In this document: in pieces, positions 46,241-56,547 of the stretch | Position numbering within the stretch: the stretch's first letter is position 1 | How the letters are laid out: each line of letters begins with the position of its first letter | Translations under genes and position numbers: made by a program | The notes under the pieces: model-generated | Seen by the model: the letters and a program-made list of their open reading frames with translations, nothing else | The model's database searches: none | Told to the model about the DNA's origin: nothing | Source of the DNA: Candidatus Micrarchaeia archaeon | GTDB lineage: Archaea; Micrarchaeota; Micrarchaeia; Anstonellales; Bilamarchaeaceae | Length of the DNA: 64,000 nucleotides | Assembly (NCBI GenBank): GCA_041653635.1 | Contig: JBAZFC010000001.1 | Span: forward strand, 265,111 to 329,110 | Direction: 5' to 3'

Positions 46241-47890
46241 ATGGACGGGATAGAAGAGGAACAGAAAACTGTCGTGAAGGGGACGTTCTGGGGGCTCGCC
46301 GGGAGCATAGCCCTGAAGCTCGTCTCGTTCATATATGTAATAATAGTGGCGCGGCTGTTCGCCCAGGACGATGTGGGCACCTTCTACCTTGCGCTGAGCA
46401 TACTCGGGATGATTGCGGTGTTCAGCGACCTCGGCTTCGGCTCCGCGTTCATGCGCTATGTGCCCTTCTATATGGGGAAGGGGCAGAAGGACAAGGTATA
46501 TTCCCTCCTGAGGGCGGGGTACCTCTTCGCAGGGCTGCTGACGATAGTCGCAACGGCCGTATTGTTCCTTCTTGCGGGGCAGATAGGCGATTTTTTCAGG
46601 AACCCCTCCCTTGAATTGCCGTTGCAGATACTTTCGCTCTATTTCCTCACGAACACATTCTTCTCGCTCAATGCATGCTTCCTGTCCGGAAGGAAGCTCG
46701 CAAAGGAGAACAACATACTCAATACCGGACAGAACGTGCTGAAATTGATATTCACCCTGGTGCTTTTCTTCGCGCTGGGGGCGACGATGGAGGCGCTTGC
46801 AATCGGTTTTGCCGCCTCCTTTGTGGCCGTAACCCTCGCCTCCTTTATCTATGTGGGAAGCGACGTTAAAAAACTCGGGATTGGCGGGCTGCGCATAACA
46901 TCCGGGGAGCAGCTCGCGATGGTGAAGGAGGTGCTTCCGTTCGGGCTCGTGCTTTCGCTTGTGCTTTCATTCTGGGTTTTCATATCCTATACGGACAAGG
47001 TGATGCTCGCCTACCTGATGCCAGGGCCGGAGGCTGCGGCTGCCGTTGCGGTGTATGCAATCGCAACCGCCCTCGCGGGCGTGATAGCGATATTCCCCGG
47101 GGCGGTCGGCTCCATATTCTTCCCCACAATATCGGAACTCCGGGGGAAGGGCAAACAGGAGGAGATGCTGAAACTATCCGTGTCCGCGTCGCGTTGGATA
47201 ATATTCCTCACCGCGCCCCTCACAATCGTGCTGGTCGCATACCCGGAGGAGCTGCTGCAGATGTTCTACGGGGCAGGTTATGCCGCGGGGGCGGGTGCCC
47301 TCATGATATTCAGCATAGGGATGTTCGTGCGCGCGCTCAGCCAGGTGCAGAGCTCCATGATAGCCGCGTCGCGGCTCGTGCGCATAGAGCTTTATGCGGC
47401 GGGGGGGGCCGCGCTCGCGAATGTGGCCCTGAACTGGATGCTGATTCCCATCTATGGCATTAACGGGGCTGCGGCCGCGTCAATGATTTCTTTCGTTATC
47501 GTGACCCTCCTCCTAATCTATTATTGCTGGAAGAAATTCGGGTTCGGATTTCCGAGGGAACTGTACACCCCCATTGCAGCTTTGGTGATTGCGGTGGCGG
47601 TGATGCTCGCCTTCAGGGGATGGACCGGCGCGCTAACGGGATTCACTCCGGAATTGCCGGGCATGGAAGGCATCGGCGCGGCGATTGCGCAGAAAATAAT
47701 CAAGCTTGCGGTGCTTGGTGTGCTCTTCGCGGCCAGCTGTGCGTCATATTTCTTGCTGTTGATTATGTTTAAGGCGATAAAAAAGGAAGATGTTTCCCTG
47801 CTTTCGTCCAGCCTGCGGAGGATAAAGGCACCTGCAGGTTTCATACGGGCGGTTGAAGGGATTCTGGGGCTTCGGGGCTGGGCAGACTAG
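46241..47890 (+). CDS. wzx: Wzx-type polysaccharide flippase (MOP superfamily).
   Basis: It has about 14 TM helices, a polysaccharide-biosynthesis-protein N-terminus and a C-terminal domain. Confidence 0.7.
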   Translation: MDGIEEEQKTVVKGTFWGLAGSIALKLVSFIYVIIVARLFAQDDVGTFYLALSILGMIAVFSDLGFGSAFMRYVPFYMGKGQKDKVYSLLRAGYLFAGLLTIVATAVLFLLAGQIGDFFRNPSLELPLQILSLYFLTNTFFSLNACFLSGRKLAKENNILNTGQNVLKLIFTLVLFFALGATMEALAIGFAASFVAVTLASFIYVGSDVKKLGIGGLRITSGEQLAMVKEVLPFGLVLSLVLSFWVFISYTDKVMLAYLMPGPEAAAAVAVYAIATALAGVIAIFPGAVGSIFFPTISELRGKGKQEEMLKLSVSASRWIIFLTAPLTIVLVAYPEELLQMFYGAGYAAGAGALMIFSIGMFVRALSQVQSSMIAASRLVRIELYAAGGAALANVALNWMLIPIYGINGAAAASMISFVIVTLLLIYYCWKKFGFGFPRELYTPIAALVIAVAVMLAFRGWTGALTGFTPELPGMEGIGAAIAQKIIKLAVLGVLFAASCASYFLLLIMFKAIKKEDVSLLSSSLRRIKAPAGFIRAVEGILGLRGWAD

Positions 47891-49212
47891 CTGGTAAGCC
47901 GCCTGAACCCCGTGTGGGCCACCGGGCCCTTGAGCCTCTTTTCCACGCTTCCCTCATCTATTGCTTTCTTCAGAAGGCCGAAAACCTCATCTACCTGCCC
48001 CATGTATGTGGCCACGTCCTCGTGCTTGTGCGCGTAGGAGACATAGACGCTCTTTGAGGCGAGGTAACCTCTCTCCAGCATCTCCTGCGTGAAGAGGGTG
48101 GAGATGGCCTGGGATTTTCCCGCGTAGTCAAAGCTGAATGTAATCAGGGGGGAGAACTCGGGCATGAGCGTTATGTCCAGCCCCTTCTCCTTAGCTATTT
48201 TATCCCAGCCCTGCCCTATTTCCGTGCCTATCTTTTTCAGGTGGGACGGGACATCGTTTTTCTCAAGCTTGCTTATGGTTGCGAGCGCTGCGGCGGGACC
48301 TACCCTTTCGGTCCAGTATGTGCTGCTTATGAAAGAGCCCTGGGCCGCGTTCATAACGTCCCCCTTGCCTACTATGGCAGCCATCGGGTAGCCGTTGCTC
48401 ATCGCCTTCCCATAGACAGCCATGTCAGGGGTGGTGCCGAGCAGGGCGTGTATTCCGCCAACGTTCATCCTCCACCCGGAGGTGGTTTCGTCAAAAAGGA
48501 GGACCGCTCCGGCCTCATCCGCAATCTTTCGCACGTTCTTCAGGAAATCTTTCTTCGGGAAGTTGTGCCTCATCGGCTCCACGACAATCGCGCCCACGTC
48601 CTTGTGCTTCTCCATTATTTCTGCGAGCTGGTCGTCGCGGTTGAACTCAAATGGGATGGATGTGCCGGTGAGCCCTCTGGGGACGCCCGAAGGGCTGAGG
48701 CCTGGCAGCAGGTGGCCGTCAAGGTTCTTGTCACTGGCGAGGTTTGCGGCAAGGTACCAGTCATGCCAGCCGTGGTAGCCGCAGAACGCGACCTTCTCCT
48801 TCTTGGTGTGGGCCCTTGCGATGCGGATTGCCGCAGCCAGGGCCTCCCCTGCCGTTCTTGTGTACCTTACCATCTGGGCCCAGGGATTAAGCTTTATGAG
48901 CTTCTCGGCCAGTTCAACCTCCTCGGGGCAGTTGAGCGTGCACATGGAGCCGCCCTCCACTGCCTTGATTACCGCGGCGTTGACGTCATCGTCCGCGTAG
49001 CCGAGTATGCACGCGCCCACGCCCATTATCGTCATGTCCTTGTACTCCTTTCCGTCCAGGTCCCATACTGATATGCCTTTTGCCTTTGAATAGTACGAGG
49101 GCCACTGGTCCGGCAGGAACATCTCCGAGCGCTTTGATAGCAGCTGGCTCCCGCCTGGAATAATCCTCTTCGCCCTCTTCCAAAGTTCAATGCCCTTTCC
49201 TGCCATCACCAT
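47887..49212 (-). CDS. Class III aminotransferase (glutamate-1-semialdehyde aminomutase-like) embedded in the glycan cluster.
   Basis: The PLP fold-type I class III layout is present. It overlaps both neighbours. Confidence 0.65.
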   Translation of the reverse strand: MVMAGKGIELWKRAKRIIPGGSQLLSKRSEMFLPDQWPSYYSKAKGISVWDLDGKEYKDMTIMGVGACILGYADDDVNAAVIKAVEGGSMCTLNCPEEVELAEKLIKLNPWAQMVRYTRTAGEALAAAIRIARAHTKKEKVAFCGYHGWHDWYLAANLASDKNLDGHLLPGLSPSGVPRGLTGTSIPFEFNRDDQLAEIMEKHKDVGAIVVEPMRHNFPKKDFLKNVRKIADEAGAVLLFDETTSGWRMNVGGIHALLGTTPDMAVYGKAMSNGYPMAAIVGKGDVMNAAQGSFISSTYWTERVGPAAALATISKLEKNDVPSHLKKIGTEIGQGWDKIAKEKGLDITLMPEFSPLITFSFDYAGKSQAISTLFTQEMLERGYLASKSVYVSYAHKHEDVATYMGQVDEVFGLLKKAIDEGSVEKRLKGPVAHTGFRRLTS

Positions 49213-49937
49213 CCCTCCTTTTTTGCCTGCTCGGCGTATTTCTCGTTGCGCCCAATCCCGCTGTTGACTCCGGAAAGTTCCGGATGCTTCTTCAATATTT
49301 CCAATATATCTTCCATGCTGAAATCGTGCGCTTCCCCTTTCTTCCCGAGCAAACGGTAGATTTCCCGCACAAACTCCAAATCCTGCGGCTCGTCCACGGT
49401 CCAGCGCATGGAGGAAAGGTCCTTCTTGTTGGCGACATTTAGCTGCCTGAACCTCTCCTTGTTTTTCACTATGAATGGGGTTACGTGCTCGCGGTCCTGG
49501 CCCGCCTGCGCTTCCAGGTTTGCCGCCATGAGGGCTTCCCTTGAGAATACCTCTACATCCAAGCCGTCCGGGAAGGTGGGGGGATGGACGTTTGAAACGT
49601 ATCCATATCCGCCTTTTTCGTATTCCCCTATGGCGCGGTCCACTATTTCCGGGTCCAGGAGGGGGCAGTCCGCGGTCACCCTCACTATTATGTCGCCCCC
49701 GAACTTCTCTGCCGCGCCGGCATACCTCCCCAGCACGTCATTCTCGCTGCCGCGGAAGCAATAAACGCCGGATTCCTTCGCAAGCTTTTCAACCGCGTCG
49801 TCCGTCTTGTTCACGGTGGTGGCGATGATTATCTTGTCTATCCTCCTGCATCTCTTGAGCCTCTGCAGGACGTGCCAGAGCATCGGCCTGCCTGAAATCT
49901 CCTTCAGCACCTTGCCTGGAAGCCGGGAAGATGTCAT
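49206..49937 (-). CDS. Second SpsF/PseF/NeuA-type cytidylyltransferase. The N-terminal motif is partly encoded upstream of the ATG.
   Basis: It is paralogous to 33465..34205. The 11 in-frame upstream codons encode LATRVAILQAR, which matches the AIIQAR motif, but they have no ATG/GTG/TTG start. Confidence 0.65.
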   Translation of the reverse strand: MTSSRLPGKVLKEISGRPMLWHVLQRLKRCRRIDKIIIATTVNKTDDAVEKLAKESGVYCFRGSENDVLGRYAGAAEKFGGDIIVRVTADCPLLDPEIVDRAIGEYEKGGYGYVSNVHPPTFPDGLDVEVFSREALMAANLEAQAGQDREHVTPFIVKNKERFRQLNVANKKDLSSMRWTVDEPQDLEFVREIYRLLGKKGEAHDFSMEDILEILKKHPELSGVNSGIGRNEKYAEQAKKEGW

Positions 49938-50049
49938 TCTTGCCTGCAGGATTGCGACCCTCGTTGCCAGCTAAACACCCTTCAATCTTCCATTGGTATG
50001 GTCCTAAATAAATATCTAACTGTGAATGGGCCGCGGAAAATCCGGGAAC

Positions 50050-50754
50050 TCATTTCCTGAAGAGCTTGAATGATATCATGCTCCTCACCATGCCTAGGAT
50101 GTCCAGGAAGCGGAATTCGGAGGAGGCGGCCTCGTTCCAGCGGATTGGGATTTCCGAGATGCGGATGCCCTTCTCCTGCGCCCGGACAAGGAATTCCGCG
50201 TCCCAGAACCAGGATTTGGACTGCACTTCCCCAATCCAGGGAAGGACCGCATCCCTCCTGAACGCCTTGAAGCCGCACTGGTGGTCCTTCACCCTGGAAT
50301 TCCAGAGGATTGCGATTATGGAATTGAAGGCCCTGCTGTAAAAGTCCCGCAGGAATTTCCTCTTTATCATGGAGCCGGGCACGTAGCGGGAGCCTATGGC
50401 TATTGATGCACCCTTTTCCACGCTCCCTACGAGCGCGGGCAGGCAGGAAAGGTCCGCCGCCAGGTCGGCGTCCATGAATGCGATTATATCGCCCTTTGCG
50501 GAGAGCGCGGCATCCTGGATTGCCTTCCCCTTCCCCAAGCGGGCATCCGAATGTAGGACGCGTATCCTTCCGTCCTCAAGGCGCTTTGCAATCTGGAGAG
50601 TATGGTCGCTGCTCCCGTCCTCCGCGATTATGATTTCGTGATCCTTCCCCATCCTGCCGAGTTCCCTTTCCAGAGCCCTTACGGTGGGCTCCAGTCGCTT
50701 TTCCTCGTTATGGGCAGGGATTATGACGGATAGTGCCGCCTCGCCGCTCTTCAT
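50050..50754 (-). CDS. Glycosyltransferase family 2 (DPM1-like).
   Basis: SVIIPAHNEE...AEDGSSDHT and a DAD motif are present. Confidence 0.7.
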   Translation of the reverse strand: MKSGEAALSVIIPAHNEEKRLEPTVRALERELGRMGKDHEIIIAEDGSSDHTLQIAKRLEDGRIRVLHSDARLGKGKAIQDAALSAKGDIIAFMDADLAADLSCLPALVGSVEKGASIAIGSRYVPGSMIKRKFLRDFYSRAFNSIIAILWNSRVKDHQCGFKAFRRDAVLPWIGEVQSKSWFWDAEFLVRAQEKGIRISEIPIRWNEAASSEFRFLDILGMVRSMISFKLFRK

Positions 50755-50863
50755 CAGTGTTAATTTGCTTGAGAATAATTAAAAATGCTAATACGGGTAT
50801 AAGCTGCGGTTGGAGTGGGCGGCGCCTTTTTGGTTTGTGGATGGCGCTGTTGCGGGTTGATGA

Positions 50864-51610
50864 TTGATGGCTGAGATGACTATAATCGTCCCGACGCGGA
50901 ACGAGGCGGAGTGCGTGGAGGGGACGCTTGGGAAAATAGTGAAGGTATGCAAAAAGGCACGCATGGATTACGAAATACTTGTCATGGATGACGGGAGCAA
51001 GGACGGGACCAAGGATATTGTCGCGGGGATGGGGAAGAAGAACGGGAACGTGCGGCTGGTGAACAGGAAGGAGCCGTTCGGGTTTGGATACTCCATACGG
51101 GACGGGATACGGATGGCTTCGGGGAAGTATGCGGCCATAATGATGGCCGACCTTTCTGACGACCCGGAGCTGCTTCCGAAAATAAAGGAAAAAATGGATG
51201 GTGCTGATGGCGGGATGCCGGGTGCCGGATGCGATGTTGTCGTGTGCTCAAGATTCATGAAGGGCTCGGAAGTGAGGAGATATCCCTTCCTCAAGATGGC
51301 CTCAAATAGATTGTTCAACTGGACGGTCGGGATTGCGTTCAACCTCGGGACCGGGGACGCATCAAATGCGTACAAATGCTTCAGGGTGGAAAAAGCGAAA
51401 ACATTGCCGGTGGAGTCAAGGGGCTTCCAGGTGAGCGCAGAGATATTGATAAGGATGAAATTGGCAGGGGCGAAAATATGCGAAATCCCCGCGAGCTGGG
51501 AGGACAGGAGCGCGGGCGAGGCGAAGTTCAAGCTGGGCAATACCTTTATTAGTTATTTTATGCTATTCCTTAAGATGTTTAAGCTGGCTTATTTGGGTGG
51601 AAAAAAATGA
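50864..51610 (+). CDS. Glycosyltransferase family 2 (DPM1-like).
   Basis: IIVPTRNE...MDDGSKDGT is present. Confidence 0.7.
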   Translation: MMAEMTIIVPTRNEAECVEGTLGKIVKVCKKARMDYEILVMDDGSKDGTKDIVAGMGKKNGNVRLVNRKEPFGFGYSIRDGIRMASGKYAAIMMADLSDDPELLPKIKEKMDGADGGMPGAGCDVVVCSRFMKGSEVRRYPFLKMASNRLFNWTVGIAFNLGTGDASNAYKCFRVEKAKTLPVESRGFQVSAEILIRMKLAGAKICEIPASWEDRSAGEAKFKLGNTFISYFMLFLKMFKLAYLGGKK

Positions 51611-52812
51611 AGGCTGCTGTTGTTGGAATAGGCAGGGTCGGCCTGCCGCTTGCGATATTCTTCGCCTCCAAGGGCGTTTACACATACGGTGTGGACGTGG
51701 ACGCGAAGAAGATAGACATGCTCAGGGAGGGGAAGGCCCCTTTTAGGGAGAAGGGGATGGAGGAGGCGCTCGCCAAGGTGAATGGGAAGGACTTCAAGGC
51801 GACGATGGACTTTTCCAAGATTGCGGATGCGGATTATGTCGTGCTCACGCTGGGGACGCCCGTGGACGAGCACATGAACCCGGATTACACGCAATTGGAG
51901 GCGGCGCTGGGCTCCATGAAGCAGCATTTCAGGAAGGGGCAGACGCTGATTTTGAGGAGCACGGTCTCTCCGGGGAGCACGGAATACCTGAAGAATTTCA
52001 TTGAAGAGAAAACTGCGTTCAAGGTTGGGAAGGACTTTTATTTGGTCTTCTGCCCGGAAAGGATTGCGGAAGGGAAGGCGATGGAAGAGCTTGAGGTGCT
52101 TCCTGAGATTGTGGGCTCGCTGGACGAGGAGAGCGGGAAGAAGGCCGAGGAGCTTTTCAGAAGCATGGGGAAGGAAGTGTACAGGACTAGCGCGATAAAT
52201 GCGGAATTACTAAAGTTGTTTACAAACATGTACAGGTACATAAATTTCGCAGTGGGGAACGAATTCCTCGTGATTGCGGATGAGTGGGATGCGAACATCC
52301 ACGAGATAGTGGAATTGTCCAACAAGAATTATCCGAGGGGGGGGCCGAAGATACCCGGATTCACCGCGGGGCCATGCCTGTTCAAGGACGGGTTCTTTTT
52401 GACTAGCACCATTCCGTTTTCCGACCTTATATCCACTGCCTGGAAAATAAATGAAAACCTGCCTGGACATTTGATAAACAAGGCGAAAAAAATAAAACCG
52501 CTTAAGGGCGCGAAGAGCGTCGTGCTGGGCATGGCGTTCAAGGCGAACTCGGATGATGACCGGCTCTCGCTTTCGCACAAGATAAAGAAGATACTCAAAA
52601 GGGAATCCGCGAACGTGGTCACGCATGATGTATATAGGGACGGGCCCGATTTTGAAGGGGCGGTGAAGGATGCGGAATTCCTGGTGATGGCGACGCCGCA
52701 TAATGAGTACAGGAAGCCCCTGGAATGGTACAAGAAGCATGTGAAGCCGGGGTGCGTGATAATAGACGTGTGGAATGTTTTCGGGAAAGGCTCGGTAATT
52801 TTCAGGTGTTGA
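51607..52812 (+). CDS. Nucleotide-sugar 6-dehydrogenase (UDP-Glc/UDP-GlcNAc/UDP-ManNAc dehydrogenase family).
   Basis: The N-terminus is VVGIGRVGLP. It has three domains and a catalytic Cys. Confidence 0.75.
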   Translation: MKAAVVGIGRVGLPLAIFFASKGVYTYGVDVDAKKIDMLREGKAPFREKGMEEALAKVNGKDFKATMDFSKIADADYVVLTLGTPVDEHMNPDYTQLEAALGSMKQHFRKGQTLILRSTVSPGSTEYLKNFIEEKTAFKVGKDFYLVFCPERIAEGKAMEELEVLPEIVGSLDEESGKKAEELFRSMGKEVYRTSAINAELLKLFTNMYRYINFAVGNEFLVIADEWDANIHEIVELSNKNYPRGGPKIPGFTAGPCLFKDGFFLTSTIPFSDLISTAWKINENLPGHLINKAKKIKPLKGAKSVVLGMAFKANSDDDRLSLSHKIKKILKRESANVVTHDVYRDGPDFEGAVKDAEFLVMATPHNEYRKPLEWYKKHVKPGCVIIDVWNVFGKGSVIFRC

Positions 52813-52813
52813 G

Positions 52814-53782
52814 ATGGCTAAGGTTATTGTTACTGGGGGGGCTGGGTTCATAGGGAGCAGGGTTGTCGCGAAGCTTGTGCGGGACGGGCACGCGGTTACG
52901 GTGGCGGACAACCTGAGCAAGGGGCAAGTGAAGAATATTGATTTGGACAAGGTGGAATTGGTAAGGATTGATTTGTGCGATGCCAGCGCGACTGCGGATT
53001 TGCTGGCGGATTTTGAGTATTGCTTCCACTTCGCAGCGAAAATAGGCGGGATTGGATATTTCCACAAGTACCCTGCGGAAATTATCCGGGATAATACGCT
53101 GATGTTTTCCAACCTGCTGGATTCGGCGAGGAAGAGCAAGAGCTTCAAGAAGATGATTTACCTCTCCTCGTCCATGGTATTTGAGAGGACAAGCAGCTTC
53201 CCCTCAAAAGAGGAGGACATATTCACCTCTCCCCCGCCCATTACGCATTATGGGTTTTCCAAATTGATTGGGGAATACTATTGCACGGCGTTCATGGAGC
53301 AGTATGGGATGAAATATACCATTTTCAGGCCGTTCAACGCATACGGACCTGGAGAGGTGCCGGAAAATGAAGTCGGTATTGCACATGTGATTCCGGACCT
53401 GATAAAGAAGATATATTATGACAAGCAGTACCCGCTGGAATTGCTTGGGGATGGAAGCCAGGTGCGCGCATATACGTATGTGGAGGACTTGGCGGACGCG
53501 ATAGGGACGCTCGCATTTGATGCGAGGACGGACAATAATGATTTCAATGTGGCGAACCCGCACGCATATACTGTGATGGAATTGGCGCAGGAGATATGGA
53601 AGATGTGCGGGGACGGGAGGCCTCTCCAGACAAAGCATCTCCCTGTTTTCAAGGACGACGTTAAGAAGCGGGTGCCCAGCACGGAAAAAATAGAGGCGCT
53701 GGGATGGAGGGCGAAGGTGGAGATGGAGGAGGGGCTGGAGAAGACCTTCGCATGGATAAAGGAGAACCGGGGGAAGCAATGA
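52814..53782 (+). CDS. NAD-dependent epimerase/dehydratase (probably acts on a UDP-uronic acid).
   Basis: VTGGAGFIGS is present. It follows the dehydrogenase directly. Confidence 0.65.
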   Translation: MAKVIVTGGAGFIGSRVVAKLVRDGHAVTVADNLSKGQVKNIDLDKVELVRIDLCDASATADLLADFEYCFHFAAKIGGIGYFHKYPAEIIRDNTLMFSNLLDSARKSKSFKKMIYLSSSMVFERTSSFPSKEEDIFTSPPPITHYGFSKLIGEYYCTAFMEQYGMKYTIFRPFNAYGPGEVPENEVGIAHVIPDLIKKIYYDKQYPLELLGDGSQVRAYTYVEDLADAIGTLAFDARTDNNDFNVANPHAYTVMELAQEIWKMCGDGRPLQTKHLPVFKDDVKKRVPSTEKIEALGWRAKVEMEEGLEKTFAWIKENRGKQ

Positions 53783-55590
53783 AGGTTTTGGGGAAGGAAA
53801 TTGAGAATGCGGATTGGGGTTTCCTGCTCATCCTGCTCGCAAGCATGGCGCTGAACCTGGATTTCATTTCCCAGTTGAAGCAGATACCAAGCCCGTTATA
53901 CGGGGGCGACCTGTACAACGGCCTCGGGGGGGTAAACCACATAATGGAAGGCGGAAACCCCTTTGAAAGCGCACAGATGGCTGGGGAGCCGCCCTGGGTG
54001 CCATGGCTTTACCATCTCTCGGTGGCATTGTTCTCCGGGTTGGGCGGGCTGGATGCGGTGCATGGGCTGCTTTATTTCTCCCTTGTGATTGAGCTGCTTT
54101 CACTGGTTGTCATGTATGCGCTCGCCTCGCGCGTCGTGGGGGACAAGAGGGTGGCTCTTGTGGCGGTGGTGCTTTTCTCCTCGCAGTTCCCGGCGTTCAA
54201 GTACGGCCAGATGGCGAATGCCCTGTTCATGCCCGGGATGCTGCTCGCGCTGTACCTGTTCGGCAAAAGGCAGGACAACCTGTCTGCGGCGCTGGTCGGA
54301 ATCATGATCGGGCTGGCCGCCCTGACCAATACGCAGGCTTTTTTCGTGGCAAACATCATATTCGGGTTTGCGGCCCTGTGGTGGCTCTACCCGATTTTCA
54401 AAAAGGGCGGGCTGGACGCAAAAACCGTGAAGGAGAATTCGGGGCTCATCTACAGGCTGGCGCTCATCTTCTCAATAGGGTTCATCCTTGCAATGCCGTT
54501 CTGGTTCGGGCCGATATTTGAGTTCCATGGCCAGACGCCGAATGATATACAAAACATCACTTACCCGGATGTCACGCAACTGCCGGTCTTCATCGGCATC
54601 TCGTGGGCGCTTATACTCTCGCTGCTGCTGCCGTTTGAGTTGAGCGGAACCGGTGCCATCTTTTCCATCCTCAACCTGGCGGGGCTTTACTTCATGGCCA
54701 AAAACCCCGGCAAATACCAGTTCGCGGCAATACTTGTGGCAACGACGCTGGTGTGCATCCTGCATCCCATCATAACGCTTCCGCTCATCCACAACCAGTT
54801 CATGAGCTCCATAATGCTGGAGAGGACGTCCCTCCTGACCGCGGCAATCCTCGTTGGGATTGGCGTCTTCGGCCTGATGGGGATGGCGGGGGGCGGGAAG
54901 AAGGGGACCGGGATTGCCGTTGCGTTCATCCTGCTGGCCGGATTCCATGTGGCAACCGGGTTGAGTGCGATGGGCTCTAACCAGTGGACTCTGGTCGGGA
55001 AGTCGCCGCTGTCCCCATATCACGCGGAACTTGCGGGCTGGATAAAGGAGAATACGGATGTGAATGACGTTTTCCTCACCACGAACGAGGACGGGTTCAT
55101 GATGAACGCGCTCACCGGCAGGAAGGTGGTCTCGTACAGGAGGGCGCACTCCAGCCCATATACGGACATGCATGAGCGCATGGCCGACCAGGCGGTGATG
55201 GTGTATGGGACGGATTCCGCGAAGACGCGGGAACTGCTGGACAAATACGACGTGAAATACCTGCTCGCGACATACAATTGGGTGAGCAACGAGTTCCAGG
55301 TATCCGAAAGCGGTGAGCTGCTCGGCTTCTTTGACCCGCTGGACGTGCCTGACAATTCTTCAAACAGGGAATATTGGGACGAGAACGGGGTTTCGTACAT
55401 ATCCGTGACGATGAGCATGGACCCCGCGCCCAGGCCGAACGTCCCATTATATGATTTGATTGTGGCGCTTCCCTATATGGGGACGGATGGCGGGCCGGTG
55501 AGCCCCACGCTGATGCAGGAATTCCATGTCGTGAAGGCGGTGCAGGCAAGCGGGCAGAACGTATTTTTAATATACGAGCGGAATGGATAA
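53779..55590 (+). CDS. Second large polytopic membrane protein with a C-terminal soluble domain. Candidate GT-C glycosyltransferase, polymerase or oligosaccharyltransferase-like.
   Basis: It has about 13 TM helices plus a ~200 aa C-terminal domain. The start overlaps the upstream stop (ATGA). Confidence 0.4.
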   Translation: MKVLGKEIENADWGFLLILLASMALNLDFISQLKQIPSPLYGGDLYNGLGGVNHIMEGGNPFESAQMAGEPPWVPWLYHLSVALFSGLGGLDAVHGLLYFSLVIELLSLVVMYALASRVVGDKRVALVAVVLFSSQFPAFKYGQMANALFMPGMLLALYLFGKRQDNLSAALVGIMIGLAALTNTQAFFVANIIFGFAALWWLYPIFKKGGLDAKTVKENSGLIYRLALIFSIGFILAMPFWFGPIFEFHGQTPNDIQNITYPDVTQLPVFIGISWALILSLLLPFELSGTGAIFSILNLAGLYFMAKNPGKYQFAAILVATTLVCILHPIITLPLIHNQFMSSIMLERTSLLTAAILVGIGVFGLMGMAGGGKKGTGIAVAFILLAGFHVATGLSAMGSNQWTLVGKSPLSPYHAELAGWIKENTDVNDVFLTTNEDGFMMNALTGRKVVSYRRAHSSPYTDMHERMADQAVMVYGTDSAKTRELLDKYDVKYLLATYNWVSNEFQVSESGELLGFFDPLDVPDNSSNREYWDENGVSYISVTMSMDPAPRPNVPLYDLIVALPYMGTDGGPVSPTLMQEFHVVKAVQASGQNVFLIYERNG

Positions 55591-55601
55591 TGGGGATTGA
55601 A

Positions 55602-56501
55602 ATGAATTGCCTTGTGACTGGGGGGCTAGGGTTCATCGGCTCAAATATAGCGAAGAAGCTCATTGCCGATGGGAATAATGTTTGGATAATTGACAATCTG
55701 CATACCGGCTCCTATGAAAACAAGCCCGAGGGCGCGACCGTGATTGAGGGCGTGAGCGGGAAGGTTTCGGAACTGGAATTGCCCAAGATGGATGCGGTCT
55801 TCCATGATGGGATTTACTCTTCTGCGCCGATGTACAAGGAGGACCCCACGAGATTGGCGAAGGCGCTTGATGATTTTTTGAGGATGCTGGACTTCTGCAG
55901 GAAGAATGACTGCCCGCTGGTTTTTGCATCCACTTCTTCCGTGTATAATGGGGTGAAGCCGCCGCAGGGGGAGGATGTGGAGATAAAGCCTCTTGACCTT
56001 TACTCGGAAACCAGATTGTACATGGAGAGGATTTCCACATTGTATGTGAAATTGTACGGAATGAACATAGCGGGGCTCCGCTACTTCAGCGTTTATGGGC
56101 CCGGGGAGAGGGCGAAGAAGCAGTATGCGAACCTGGTTTCGCAGTTCCTGTGGGCGATGCAGAAGGGCGAGGCGCCGGTGATTTACGGGGACGGGAGCCA
56201 GACCAGGGATTTGACCTATGTGGACGATGTGGTGAGGGCGAACCTGCTGGCTTCACAGAAGATAAAGGGCTTTGAGGCATTGAACGTAGGGACCGGGAGG
56301 ACCTACACCATGAACCAATTGATTGGGATGCTGAATAAGGCGCTGGGGAAGGACATAAAGGCGAAGTATGTGGCGAATCCAATCAAGAATTATGTGGATT
56401 TCACCCAGGCGGACACGCGCAAGGCGAAGGAGAAGATAGGGTTTGAGGCGCAGGTTTCGCTTGAGGAAGGGATTTCCAGATTGGTGAAGTTGTATTCCTG
56501 A
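55602..56501 (+). CDS. NAD-dependent nucleotide-sugar epimerase.
   Basis: VTGGLGFIGS and YxxxK are present. Confidence 0.7.
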   Translation: MNCLVTGGLGFIGSNIAKKLIADGNNVWIIDNLHTGSYENKPEGATVIEGVSGKVSELELPKMDAVFHDGIYSSAPMYKEDPTRLAKALDDFLRMLDFCRKNDCPLVFASTSSVYNGVKPPQGEDVEIKPLDLYSETRLYMERISTLYVKLYGMNIAGLRYFSVYGPGERAKKQYANLVSQFLWAMQKGEAPVIYGDGSQTRDLTYVDDVVRANLLASQKIKGFEALNVGTGRTYTMNQLIGMLNKALGKDIKAKYVANPIKNYVDFTQADTRKAKEKIGFEAQVSLEEGISRLVKLYS

Positions 56502-56547
56502 GCGCAGGGCTTATCGTTAATAATACTTATTCTACAAGTTCAGGACT

